A stretch of 34,914 nucleotides of DNA from Candidatus Pacearchaeota archaeon (GTDB lineage Archaea; Nanobdellota; Nanobdellia; Pacearchaeales; GW2011-AR1): positions 1 through 34,914 of the forward strand of contig JAFCEY010000001.1 in the NCBI GenBank assembly GCA_017608945.1, in the 5' to 3' direction. Positions 17,677 through 26,115 of the stretch are shown here, one piece after another. Under the pieces are notes generated by a model. The model made no database searches and was not told the origin of the DNA. It saw nothing but the letters and a program-made list of their open reading frames with translations. The position numbers were made by a program, and so were the translations under genes. Position 1 is the stretch's first letter. Each line of letters opens with the position of its first letter.

Positions 17677-18375
17677 TTATTTTTTCTTTTTTCCTGTTCT
17701 TTTAGGCCTTAATAATCCAACTTTTTTTCCAGGAGGAGCATTTCTTTTAGCAATTTTGCTTTTTGGGTTTTTTCCTCTACCACTTCCGAAAGGATGGTCT
17801 ATAACATTCACTTTAACAGCAGAAGTTCTTGGCCATAATTTATTTTTTGATTTTTTAATATAATATTGTTTTCCTGCTTTGACTATAGGTTTTTTTAATC
17901 TCCCTTCTCCCGCTATTTTTCCAATAGTGGCTCTACACTCTTTGTTAAATACTCTCTCTTTTTTTGACGGCATCAAAACAAAAACTTTATCTTCAACAAT
18001 CTTACTTACTACTGCAAAATTCCCCCCACACCTAATAAAAACCCCTCCATCTCCAGGTTTTGATTCAATATTGTAAATTTCTGTTTTTACAGGGATTTCT
18101 TTCAATTTTAAGATATTTCCATTTTTAACTTCTTTTTCAAATTTTATTTTTTGTCCTTCAATCATTCCTTTACATGCAGGAATATAAAAAAATCCTTCAC
18201 TGTATTGAATTTTTGCTAAAGGAGCGCTATGCCCTGGAGAATTAAGCAGTTTAACAACAGTTCCCTCTCCTTTAAGTTCTTTAGGATATTTTATTTTAAT
18301 TTTGAAAGCTTTTCTTTTGACTCTGTAAGTAAAACTTCCTTTTCCTCTTGCTTGTTGTATAATTCTTTTTCCCAT
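17677..18375 (-). CDS. rpl2: 50S ribosomal protein uL2
   Basis: 232 aa: [13 protein letters not shown]...[15 protein letters not shown]...[22 protein letters not shown]. Confidence 0.95.
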   Translation of the reverse strand: MGKRIIQQARGKGSFTYRVKRKAFKIKIKYPKELKGEGTVVKLLNSPGHSAPLAKIQYSEGFFYIPACKGMIEGQKIKFEKEVKNGNILKLKEIPVKTEIYNIESKPGDGGVFIRCGGNFAVVSKIVEDKVFVLMPSKKERVFNKECRATIGKIAGEGRLKKPIVKAGKQYYIKKSKNKLWPRTSAVKVNVIDHPFGSGRGKNPKSKIAKRNAPPGKKVGLLRPKRTGKKKK

Positions 18376-18382
18376 TTTACAT

Positions 18383-18625
18383 TTATATTAATCCTAGTTT
18401 AGTTGCTAAATCAATAGCTGGAAATTGTTTTTTTAATTTAACACAAGCGTATTTTTTATTTCCTCTAATAGAAGTTCTTATTTTTTCAACTTTAACTGAA
18501 AACAAAGATTCAATTTCTTTTTTAATCTGATTTTTAGTCTTTTGTTTTTCTGTTTCAAATGTTAAAACATTTTCTCTTTCAATTTTCAAAACAGCTTTTT
18601 CTGTTATTATTGGTTTTAAAATCAT
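18383..18625 (-). CDS. rpl23: 50S ribosomal protein uL23
   Basis: 80 aa: ILKPIITEKAVLKIERENVLTFETEKQKTKNQIKKEIE. Located between L4 and L2. Confidence 0.9.
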   Translation of the reverse strand: MILKPIITEKAVLKIERENVLTFETEKQKTKNQIKKEIESLFSVKVEKIRTSIRGNKKYACVKLKKQFPAIDLATKLGLI

Positions 18626-19419
18626 TTTTTCTTAAATTTATTTTCAAGTTCTTTAATTGCTTGTTCAGTATAAATTGTTAACCTACCAGGTCCTCCTTTT
18701 GCTAAATCCATGACATTAAGATTTTTTGCATTCTTAACATCAAAAATATTTGTTTTAAGTTTTTCATTATTTCCAATAATTAAAAGTGCTCCTGCACTTT
18801 TACTATGTCTCCTGCCGCGAAATTTTCCTTTTCCTGCTCTAATTTTTTTTCTTTTTATTGCTATTTTCAAAAGTCTCTCTCCGAGAATTTTTTTTAGACT
18901 TTCAAGAAGAGGTTTTGTTTTTAATGTTAAAATCTTGGATTCAACGATAAATGGTAGATTTATTTTTTCTCCTCTTAGAGTTTTGTATTTTTTTGTAATT
19001 TCTTTTTCATTTGCTGTTGCACTTATTGCGCTTTCAAAAGCTATTTTCAACTCTTTTTTGTTTATTTTTCTTTTAGTTATTGATAAAGTCTTTGGGGGAT
19101 GTGCTCGCATGCCTCCTCTTGCTTGAGGCACTTCAGCTGCTTCCCAGTGAAATTGTTCCCCTCTTCTAAGAAAAATTTTTCTTGGAACTCTACTTATTCC
19201 TCTTCCATACTGACTTTTCCACACATGTCTTCTATGAGCAATTTTTCCTTTAGCCGAATATTTTTTTCCTGCTGTAAGAGAAGGAGAATATGGCTGCCTA
19301 ATTTTTTTAGCTTCTAAAACCTTAGCAATTATATCTTCTCTGACTGGTTGAGAAAAACAACTTGGAAGATTAATTTCTTTAATTTTCTTTCCGTCTATAT
19401 TAAAAACATTTGCTTTCAT
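18622..19419 (-). CDS. rpl4: 50S ribosomal protein uL4 (L4P/L1e)
   Basis: 265 aa: QPYSPSLTAGKKYSAKGKIAHRRHVWKSQYGRGISRVPRK...GGMRAHPPK. Confidence 0.93.
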   Translation of the reverse strand: MKANVFNIDGKKIKEINLPSCFSQPVREDIIAKVLEAKKIRQPYSPSLTAGKKYSAKGKIAHRRHVWKSQYGRGISRVPRKIFLRRGEQFHWEAAEVPQARGGMRAHPPKTLSITKRKINKKELKIAFESAISATANEKEITKKYKTLRGEKINLPFIVESKILTLKTKPLLESLKKILGERLLKIAIKRKKIRAGKGKFRGRRHSKSAGALLIIGNNEKLKTNIFDVKNAKNLNVMDLAKGGPGRLTIYTEQAIKELENKFKKK

Positions 19420-20372
19420 CTTTCTATCTTCAAAAACTCATAAGTTTTTTTAGCCTGTTTTTTACTTGGTCGTAAAGGATTTGTGGCTAATAACCCCCTT
19501 TTTGCAGGTCCTTGTATGCTTCCATGAAGAATTAGATAATCACTTTTAATATCTCCAAAATTTTTTATGTTTTTTAGTTCTTTCTTTTCTTCAGCTTTTC
19601 CTAAGTCTATTATTTTATTATTATAAACTATTCTCGTAAACATTCCTAACTGACCCGCTTGTGGAGCTCTGAAAGTAACTCTTGCAGGATGCCAAGGGCC
19701 GAGACTTCCTGGACGTCTTCTACCTTTTTCTGATTTATGTTGTTTTAAACTAATTCCAAATCTTTTTACTGGGCCTTGAAAGCCTTTTCCTTTTGTTATT
19801 CCCCTAATATCAATTAATTGACCTTTTTCAAATACATCTGAAATAGAGATTTCTTTGTTAATTTTAAGTCTGATTAAATTAAGTTTTTCTTCGAGATTTC
19901 CAGACAAACCAATTTCACATAAATCGGGTGTTTTTTTTATGTTTGTTTTTTTACAAAGAGAGTAAATTACAATTCTAATGTCATCGTAATCTTTTATTTT
20001 ATTAATGGCCTCTTCAAATTTGATTTTTTTCTTTGGAATCTTCAGTTTTCTTTTTAATTCCTTATCAAGATTCTCAGCAAGAATTTCCTTGATGATTTTT
20101 CCATTTTTATAAAATCTTACAGAAAATATTTTTATTGGAGGGCATTCGAGAATTGTAGCAGGGATTATAATTTTCTTTCCCTTTGTCATTGAATTTGGTG
20201 TATTATCTTTAACATGAATAGAGGCCATTCCTGCTTTATAACATATAAATCCTTTAATGTTTTTTAGAGAATCAGGAATAGCATCCCAGTTCACACTAGG
20301 TAGAAATTTCTTAGCTCTTTTCCTCGGCCAATATTGCAAACTTCCTTTTCTTGGTTTTCTTCTTGTAGGCAT
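19416..20372 (-). CDS. rpl3: 50S ribosomal protein uL3
   Basis: 318 aa: RKPRKGSLQYWPRKRAK...GFICYKAGM...GITKGKGFQGPVKRFG...GSLGPWHPARV. First gene of the supercluster. Confidence 0.95.
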   Translation of the reverse strand: MPTRRKPRKGSLQYWPRKRAKKFLPSVNWDAIPDSLKNIKGFICYKAGMASIHVKDNTPNSMTKGKKIIIPATILECPPIKIFSVRFYKNGKIIKEILAENLDKELKRKLKIPKKKIKFEEAINKIKDYDDIRIVIYSLCKKTNIKKTPDLCEIGLSGNLEEKLNLIRLKINKEISISDVFEKGQLIDIRGITKGKGFQGPVKRFGISLKQHKSEKGRRRPGSLGPWHPARVTFRAPQAGQLGMFTRIVYNNKIIDLGKAEEKKELKNIKNFGDIKSDYLILHGSIQGPAKRGLLATNPLRPSKKQAKKTYEFLKIER

Positions 20373-20472
20373 TTCCTATTTTTGCGGATATTGTCATTTT
20401 ATTATCTCTGGAATTGAAATAAGTAAAAAAATAAGGTTTAAAAGAGTTTTGTTTTCTTGATTTTTTGAAGTT

Positions 20473-20988
20473 TTAAGCAACTATATAACCGAAAGTATAC
20501 TCAGAAAGTGAAGTTAATTTCCCTTTAACACAAACAAAAGGATAACTTAAAGAATATTGATCATTACCTAATTTTACAATTACAATTGTTATATCGTTTT
20601 CTTTAGAGATATCCTCTTCATGAACAATTTTATGTGTATAAAAACTCCACATATCGAAGTAATCTAATGCGTCTTTAGGATTATCAAAATGTTTACTATC
20701 AACTATTTCATAAAATGCTTTATAAGATGATTTTTTCTTCCATAATTCTGCTTTTTGATTTACTTCATTTAGACACGCTTGATGAGAGGGATTTGACATT
20801 GTTTTAGTTGCTTCAACGGAGTTTTCAGGTTCCTCTTGTATTATATTACCAACATTTCTTTTAAATGAATCAAATAAAGAAGGGTTAAATATAAATGATA
20901 ATATCAAACTTCCAATTATAAATACTAAAATCCATATAAATAATTTTCTTACAAATCCCATTTTTTGTTTTGTAAGACTAATATACAA
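20473..20988 (-). CDS. Hypothetical membrane-anchored protein
   Basis: 171-aa ORF with a single N-terminal TM helix (LFIWILVFIIGSLILSFIF) followed by a soluble domain. No family recognised. Confidence 0.5.
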   Translation of the reverse strand: MYISLTKQKMGFVRKLFIWILVFIIGSLILSFIFNPSLFDSFKRNVGNIIQEEPENSVEATKTMSNPSHQACLNEVNQKAELWKKKSSYKAFYEIVDSKHFDNPKDALDYFDMWSFYTHKIVHEEDISKENDITIVIVKLGNDQYSLSYPFVCVKGKLTSLSEYTFGYIVA

Positions 20989-20999
20989 ACTTAATCTTT

Positions 21000-21701
21000 T
21001 TATGCTACAAATTCATTTTCACTTTTAATTTCTTCTCCATCAACTATCGCTTTTCTTATAATTTTTCCCTTTCTTTTTGCATTCTCTCTTATTTTCGCAT
21101 AGTCTGTTTCCTCTTTAAGTTCATCAGGTATAAGAATTTCATTAATTAAGAAAGTATGATTTATTTCAGCTTTTTTGAAATTTTCTTTTTCAAAAATAAA
21201 ATCTCTTACAATTTTTTTATCTCTAGTGATAAGTTTACAAAAATCTGCTTGAGGTTTTTCCTCTCTTTTTTTCCCAGGTTTCCCTGATTTTGGAAGTTTT
21301 GGTTTTATTTTTAACTCATTCTCTTCTGCTCTAAAACTCAAAGCAAAAAAAGCTTTTGGAAATTTTTCAAGTAAATTAAGAATTTCTTCTTTATCCATCT
21401 CCTTTTCTATTATATATTTTTTAATTCCCTGAAACTGTTTCTTACCTTTAAAAGAAAGCCCTTCGAGGTCATTTGTTGATACAATGATTCCTCTGACGAT
21501 TGTTTTTCCTTTAAGTTTTTCAGCTACAGCCTTAACAAGATCATTTGCAAATTCATAATTTGTAGAAATGATAAATTTTCCATTTAGGTTTTTTATATTA
21601 ACTACTGCTCTGTCTTTAAATTTCCCTCTCCCAAATTTTTGAAATTGTAAATGGACTAAATTGTCAATTTTATTGTCAAAAATTTTTTTTATAAAATTCA
21701 T
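21000..21701 (-). CDS. Hypothetical protein (unknown family)
   Basis: 233-aa clean ORF, Lys-rich, with a central basic linker (KPKLPKSGKPGKKREEKP). No motif recognised by eye. Confidence 0.5.
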   Translation of the reverse strand: MNFIKKIFDNKIDNLVHLQFQKFGRGKFKDRAVVNIKNLNGKFIISTNYEFANDLVKAVAEKLKGKTIVRGIIVSTNDLEGLSFKGKKQFQGIKKYIIEKEMDKEEILNLLEKFPKAFFALSFRAEENELKIKPKLPKSGKPGKKREEKPQADFCKLITRDKKIVRDFIFEKENFKKAEINHTFLINEILIPDELKEETDYAKIRENAKRKGKIIRKAIVDGEEIKSENEFVA

Positions 21702-21792
21702 TTTCTTTCTAATTCATAAAAATTTTTTACTTTTAAACTTTCCGTCATTTCTTTTTAATAAGTTTTATAAACATAAGAGAGATTATTGTATT

Positions 21793-22827
21793 ATGAATGA
21801 AACTTTTTTTAGAAAAATAGCAATTATAATAATATTAGCTATTCTTGCAGTTTTATCTTTCTTCCTATTAAAGCCTCTTTTGCTTTCTATAATTTTCGGG
21901 ATAATTTTAGCATTTATTTTTACTCCAGTATATAATTGGCTTTATAAAAAAATAAAATCAAAGAATTTATCTGCCATTATAATCTGTATTTTATTATTAA
22001 CCTTGATAGTTCTTCCAATATGGTTTTTAATTCCTATCGCAGTACAAGAATCTATAAAACTGTATACTGCCTCACAAAAAATTGATTACAGCTCTCTTAT
22101 TGAACGTTTTCTTCCAGCTTTCAAGGTTTCAGAACAATTTTCTGCTGAAATTGGTTCTGCACTTCATTCTTTTGTAACAAAATTAACAAATTCTTTAATG
22201 AATTCATTATCAAATCTAATTTTTAATTTTCCAACTCTTGTTTTACGGTTTATTGTGGTAATTTTTGTATTCTTTTTTGTATTAAGAGATAAAGAAGAAT
22301 TTATTTTATATATCAAAGAGATTTTTCCTTTCTCAAAAGAAATAGAAAAGAAATTTTTTGCTTCAACTAAACAAATAACCTCCTCTATTCTGTACGGACA
22401 AATTCTTATAGGGGCTATTCAGGGTCTTGTATTAGGAGTAGGATTATTTATTTTTAAATCTCCAAATCCTTTGCTTCTTACTCTTTTCTCAGTTATCGTA
22501 GGAATTCTTCCAATTGTTGGTCCTGCAATTGTTTGGGTACCTCTTTCTCTTTATTTCTTTATTTCAGGAAACAATCTTCCTGCAATTGGAATTATTGCTT
22601 TTGGTTTAATATCTTTATTTTCAGATAATCTTCTAAAGCCAATTTTTGTTTCAAGAAGAACAGAGATTCATCCAGGTATTGTGCTTATTGGAATGATTGG
22701 TGGATTATTTTTATTTGGTGTTTTGGGATTAATTATTGGACCATTAATTCTTGCATATCTTATAATTATGCTGGAATTTTATAAAGGAAAAAAATCTTCA
22801 ATATTAATTGGAAATCATAAAGATTAA
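21793..22827 (+). CDS. AI-2E family transporter (PerM/UPF0118 permease)
   Basis: The track ORF starts at a TTG (21661) that overlaps the divergent gene. The first ATG, at 21793 (MNETFFRKIAIIIIL...), gives a ~344-aa multi-TM protein with the family block GAIQGLVLGVGLFIFKSPNPLLLTLFSVIVGILPIVGPAIVWVP. Confidence 0.75.
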   Translation: MNETFFRKIAIIIILAILAVLSFFLLKPLLLSIIFGIILAFIFTPVYNWLYKKIKSKNLSAIIICILLLTLIVLPIWFLIPIAVQESIKLYTASQKIDYSSLIERFLPAFKVSEQFSAEIGSALHSFVTKLTNSLMNSLSNLIFNFPTLVLRFIVVIFVFFFVLRDKEEFILYIKEIFPFSKEIEKKFFASTKQITSSILYGQILIGAIQGLVLGVGLFIFKSPNPLLLTLFSVIVGILPIVGPAIVWVPLSLYFFISGNNLPAIGIIAFGLISLFSDNLLKPIFVSRRTEIHPGIVLIGMIGGLFLFGVLGLIIGPLILAYLIIMLEFYKGKKSSILIGNHKD

Positions 22828-22851
22828 AAATATTCTTTGATTGTTTTAAAA

Positions 22852-24339
22852 ATGATACTTAAAACCAAAATTCTTGGGTGGTCAGCAGGATTTCCGGTGG
22901 TTATGTTAAACCTAAGAACAGCAAAGAAACTTGGAGTTGAGAGTAAAGATAGAATTCTTATAAAAACTTTATCTAAGAAACAGAAAAAAATTTCTGTAAT
23001 AGCAGATACTATTAAAAATCTGGTTAAAGAAGGAGAAATTTTTGTTTCTTTGGAGCTTGCAGAAACTCTAAATTTAAAACAAGGACAAAAGGTTGATGTT
23101 TCTTTATCTCCTGTTCCAGCGAGCTTTACTTTTATAAGAAAAAAATTAAATAATGAGACCTTATCTAAAAAAGAAATTAAGAAAATAATTGAAGATATTG
23201 TTAATAATTCCCTTTCAGAAACAGAAGTTTCTCTTTTTGTTTCTGCTATATATGAAAAGGGAATGAGTATGAAGGAGATAATTTATTTGATTGAGTCTAT
23301 GCTTGAAACTGGGAAAAAAATAACTTTTGATAAAAATTTTGTTGCTGATAAACACAGCATTGGAGGTGTTCCAGGTAATAGAACAACTCCGATAGTTATT
23401 TCAATATGTGCTGTTGCAGGTTTAATAATGCCTAAAACATCTTCGAGGGCTATAACCTCTGCAGGAGGAACAGCAGATGTTATTGAAACAGTAGCTAAAG
23501 TTGATTTTACAATGGAAAGAATAAAAAAAATAATTAAAAAAACAAATGCATGTATTGTTTGGGGAGGGAGTTTGGGGCTTGTTCCAGCAGATTCAAAGAT
23601 AATACAGGTTGAAAAAGTTCTTAGGATTGATCCAAAAGCTCAACTTTTAGCTTCTATAATGGCAAAAAAATTAGCTCTTGGAAGCAGGTATATTCTTATA
23701 GATATTCCTTATGGAAAAACAGCAAAAGTTGATAAAAAAGAAGCATTAAAATTAAAAAAGAAATTTGAATATCTTGGCAGATATTTTAAGAAAAAGCTGA
23801 AAGTTGTTTTAACAGATGGACGTCAGCCTATTGGGAATGGAGTTGGTCCTGCCTTAGAATTAATGGATATTCTTAAAGTTTTAGATCCGAAAAAACAAAA
23901 ACAAGCGCCTAAAGATTTAGAAAAAAAATCTTTATTTTTAGCAGGGGAAATTCTTGAGATGAGTGGAAAGGTAAAAAAAGGGCAGGGAATTAACTTTGCA
24001 AAAAAAATCCTTTATTCTGGAAAAGCCCTTGAAAAATTTAAAGAGATAATAAGAGCTCAGGAGGGAAGTCTTAAAAGATTAAGGTATGGAAAATTTAAAA
24101 AAGATATTCTTTCAATCAGGTCAGGAAAGATTTCAGAGATAGATAATCAGAAAATAAATTTTCTTGCAAGAGTCACAGGTTGCCCTGTAAATAAATTTTC
24201 TGGACTTTATCTTTATTATCACATTGGTGATAAGGTTAAGAAGGGAGAAAAAATTCTAACTCTTTATTCTGACTCCAAATTAAAGTTAAAAGAAGCATAT
24301 TCTTTTTTTAATAAATTAAAGCCTATTAAAATCTTATAA
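22852..24339 (+). CDS. deoA: AMP phosphorylase (archaeal DeoA, thymidine phosphorylase family)
   Basis: The track ORF begins at TTG 22837; the ATG at 22852 (MILKTKILGWSAGFPVVMLN) matches the AMP-phosphorylase-specific N-terminal domain. Core blocks: KHSIGGVPGNRTTPIV, PKTSSRAITSAGGTADV, WGGSLGLVPADSK, RIDPKAQLLASIMAKK, GRQPIGNGVGPALE. Confidence 0.88.
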   Translation: MILKTKILGWSAGFPVVMLNLRTAKKLGVESKDRILIKTLSKKQKKISVIADTIKNLVKEGEIFVSLELAETLNLKQGQKVDVSLSPVPASFTFIRKKLNNETLSKKEIKKIIEDIVNNSLSETEVSLFVSAIYEKGMSMKEIIYLIESMLETGKKITFDKNFVADKHSIGGVPGNRTTPIVISICAVAGLIMPKTSSRAITSAGGTADVIETVAKVDFTMERIKKIIKKTNACIVWGGSLGLVPADSKIIQVEKVLRIDPKAQLLASIMAKKLALGSRYILIDIPYGKTAKVDKKEALKLKKKFEYLGRYFKKKLKVVLTDGRQPIGNGVGPALELMDILKVLDPKKQKQAPKDLEKKSLFLAGEILEMSGKVKKGQGINFAKKILYSGKALEKFKEIIRAQEGSLKRLRYGKFKKDILSIRSGKISEIDNQKINFLARVTGCPVNKFSGLYLYYHIGDKVKKGEKILTLYSDSKLKLKEAYSFFNKLKPIKIL

Positions 24340-24371
24340 AATTTTTTAAACTTCTCTGCATTTTGTTTTGC

Positions 24372-24644
24372 ATGGTTAGTTCCACAAAAAGTCTTATAGA
24401 ATATTTTAAAAAAAATCTTTCTAAAGGCTACACTCCAGAAACTCTTAAATGGGCTTTGATAAATCAAGGCTATTCAAAGTCAATTGTTCAAGCGTCTCTA
24501 AAAGAAGCGCAAAAAGAATTAGCTAAAGAAGCTCCTATTTTAAGAGAAAAACCAGAAATAAAATATGAAGTTTTTGACGAAAAAGGAAACCCAATTGTCA
24601 TTCCTTTAAAAAAATCTTGGTGGAAGAGGTTGTTTAAGTTGTGA
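24372..24644 (+). CDS. Hypothetical small protein
   Basis: The track ORF starts at TTG 24363; the first ATG is at 24372 (MVSSTKSLIEYFKKNLSKGYTPETLKWALINQGYS...). ~90 aa, no recognised family. Confidence 0.4.
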   Translation: MVSSTKSLIEYFKKNLSKGYTPETLKWALINQGYSKSIVQASLKEAQKELAKEAPILREKPEIKYEVFDEKGNPIVIPLKKSWWKRLFKL

Positions 24645-24724
24645 AGGAGTTGGTAATTGTTTTAAGTTTATCATTTTTAATTATATAGTAATCTTTAAAA
24701 CTTCTTAATTAATTATTAATTTAT

Positions 24725-24842
24725 GCCTCTGTCGCATAATGGTATTGCACCGGTCTTGAGAGCAGAACCTTTGGTTCTGCATCCCTTTTGACAAGATAAC
24801 CGGGCCCGAAAGGGCATCCAGGTTCGATTCCTGGCAGAGGCG
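24725..24842 (+). tRNA. tRNA-Ser (anticodon UGA) with a 37-nt intron at the canonical 37/38 position
   Basis: Hand-folded. Acceptor GCCTCTG/CAGAGGC, G73 discriminator. Anticodon stem CCGGT/ACCGG, loop CT-TGA-G[intron]A. Long variable arm GCCC-GAAA-GGGC. T arm CCAGG-TTCGATT-CCTGG. CCA is not encoded. Confidence 0.8.
24761..24797 (+). other. tRNA-Ser intron (bulge-helix-bulge type)
   Basis: CTTG (positions 32-35 of the tRNA) pairs with CAAG (24792-24795) and is flanked by 3-nt bulges AG|A and AU|A. The intron also holds a perfect 8-bp hairpin GCAGAACC-TTT-GGTTCTGC. The boundary can slide by 1 nt because A flanks both sides. Confidence 0.65.
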
Positions 24843-24847
24843 TAATA

Positions 24848-24920
24848 AGCTTCAGGCAAGATTTGAACTTGCGACCTCCATCTTACGAGGATGGCGCTCT
24901 AACCACTGAGCTACTGAAGC
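24848..24920 (-). tRNA. tRNA-Thr (anticodon CGU)
   Basis: Reverse complement: GCTTCAG-TA-GCTC-AGTGGTTA-GAGC-G-CCATC-CTCGTAA-GATGG-AGGTC-GCAAG-TTCAAAT-CTTGC-CTGAAGC-T. Perfect cloverleaf, no intron, CCA not encoded. Confidence 0.9.
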
Positions 24921-25046
24921 ACTTCATGAGATACAGGTATTAATCTTTCTTTAACTACTTTCCTTTAATTAGATAAAAAAATTATTATAAAAATATTATT
25001 AGCTCCAACTAAAAAGTCTTTATCTTAAGGAAAGAGAAAATTATTC

Positions 25047-25051
25047 AAAAA
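25047..25051 (-). terminator. Oligo-T tract just downstream of the P1 stop (candidate archaeal terminator)
   Basis: Minus strand reads TAG-AC-TTTTT-G directly after the last gene of the L1-P0-P1 operon. A second T5 tract follows about 30 nt further on. Confidence 0.25.
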
Positions 25052-25053
25052 GT

Positions 25054-25341
25054 CTATCCAAAGAGTGCACTTAGACCTTCTGCAGCTTCTTCTTTCTTTT
25101 CCTCTACAAGTTCTTTTTTTTCTTCTTTTTCTACTTTAGTTTCTGATGGTTGAACCAATGTAGCACTTTCTAGTTCTTTTTCTATGTCAACTCCTTTAAG
25201 ACTAACGACTAAAGCTTTTATTTTTGCTTCTTCTTCAGGATTAATTTCTTTTCCTGCAGCTTTAAGGATATTTTTTATATTTTCCTCATTTATTTCCTTT
25301 CCTATCTTATGCAATAAAATAGCAGCATATATGTCTTCCAT
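25054..25341 (-). CDS. rpl12: 50S ribosomal stalk protein P1 (L12e/aP1)
   Basis: 95 aa: MEDIYAAILLH..GKEINEENI..ILKAAG, an acidic linker, and the conserved C-terminal EEAAEGLSALFG. Confidence 0.93.
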   Translation of the reverse strand: MEDIYAAILLHKIGKEINEENIKNILKAAGKEINPEEEAKIKALVVSLKGVDIEKELESATLVQPSETKVEKEEKKELVEEKKEEAAEGLSALFG

Positions 25342-25350
25342 TTTTTTATC

Positions 25351-26115
25351 TCATTTATTTAATTGAATTTTTTCTAAAGCCTTTCCATGAATTGCAGCTT
25401 TTCTTATTAAAAAACTTATTGTTTCATGACAGATGTAATTAATGTTGATAGCAAATGCTAAAGATTTTATAAAACTTGTCTTTATATTTTCTAAATTTTC
25501 TTTTTTATTGATTTTTATATTTAAATATAACTTTTCTGTTTTTTTATCAAAAGCTGCAAAGGGTATAATTCCTACTAGAAAAGGTTTAATATTCAATTTA
25601 TTCATAATATCTGCAGCACTCTGAGAAATTTTTTCTCCTTTTTTAACTATTATTTTTGGCTCTTTGATGTTTATTTTTCCATTTTCTATTTGAATTTTTA
25701 CTCCTAATGCTCCGAGTTCAGATATTGCTGGTCCTGGAACCAAATCAGTTGGTCCAGGAAGAATTTCTATATCTTCTTCTGCAATTTGTCCTGCTTTTGC
25801 TTTTGCCTCTTTTTTATTTTCCACTAATTCATACGCAAGTTCAAATGCATCTAAATCAGAAAAAATAATAGCAGTATCTCCTTTTATTTCATTTTTAATT
25901 TTTTTTAACTCTTCATTTTCAGAATTGTTAATTGCTCTTAATATCAAATTTTTTTTTGGGACTTTTATTATAACTTTCTCCCTTAAATTTTTTTTAATTT
26001 CTTGAAACTGCGCGGTAGGGAGATTTTTTATTGACGCTAATAAAATTGTATTCTTTGTTTTTATAAGATTAGAAAGTTCTTCAACAATTTTGGATTTTAA
26101 ATTTTTCTTGGTCAT
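25351..26115 (-). CDS. rpl10: 50S ribosomal stalk protein P0 (uL10), short form without acidic C-terminal tail
   Basis: 254 aa. uL10 N-terminal domain (KIVEELSNLIKTKNTILLASIKNLPTAQFQEIKKNLRE) plus the archaeal insertion domain (PGPTDLVPGPAISELGALGVKIQIENGKINI). Ends ...HGKALEKIQLNK, 10 nt before the P1 start. Confidence 0.88.
   Translation of the reverse strand: MTKKNLKSKIVEELSNLIKTKNTILLASIKNLPTAQFQEIKKNLREKVIIKVPKKNLILRAINNSENEELKKIKNEIKGDTAIIFSDLDAFELAYELVENKKEAKAKAGQIAEEDIEILPGPTDLVPGPAISELGALGVKIQIENGKINIKEPKIIVKKGEKISQSAADIMNKLNIKPFLVGIIPFAAFDKKTEKLYLNIKINKKENLENIKTSFIKSLAFAININYICHETISFLIRKAAIHGKALEKIQLNK

Noticed and set aside
1885-19317. About 25 short ORFs (60-138 aa) antisense to aglB, the SpoIIM-like gene, the ribosomal protein genes and others (e.g. 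1885-2097, 5065-5280, 10224-10448, 17098-17433, 18710-19126)
   Set aside because: Each is nested inside a strongly supported gene on the opposite strand. Their translations are F/L/S-rich low complexity with no motifs. They are an artefact of AT-rich, Lys-rich coding sequence.
21661-21792. N-terminal 44 codons of the AI-2E ORF as drawn in the track
   Set aside because: The track start is a TTG that overlaps the divergent 21000-21701 gene. The first ATG, at 21793, begins the first TM helix, so the extension is probably promoter sequence.
24725-24842. Possible tRNA-Sec or UGA-suppressor tRNA, because of the long variable arm and the nearby SecE TGA
   Set aside because: The anticodon is 5'-UGA-3', which reads UCA Ser codons, not UCA. 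The acceptor/T-stem geometry is the normal 7/5, and G73 fits tRNA-Ser.
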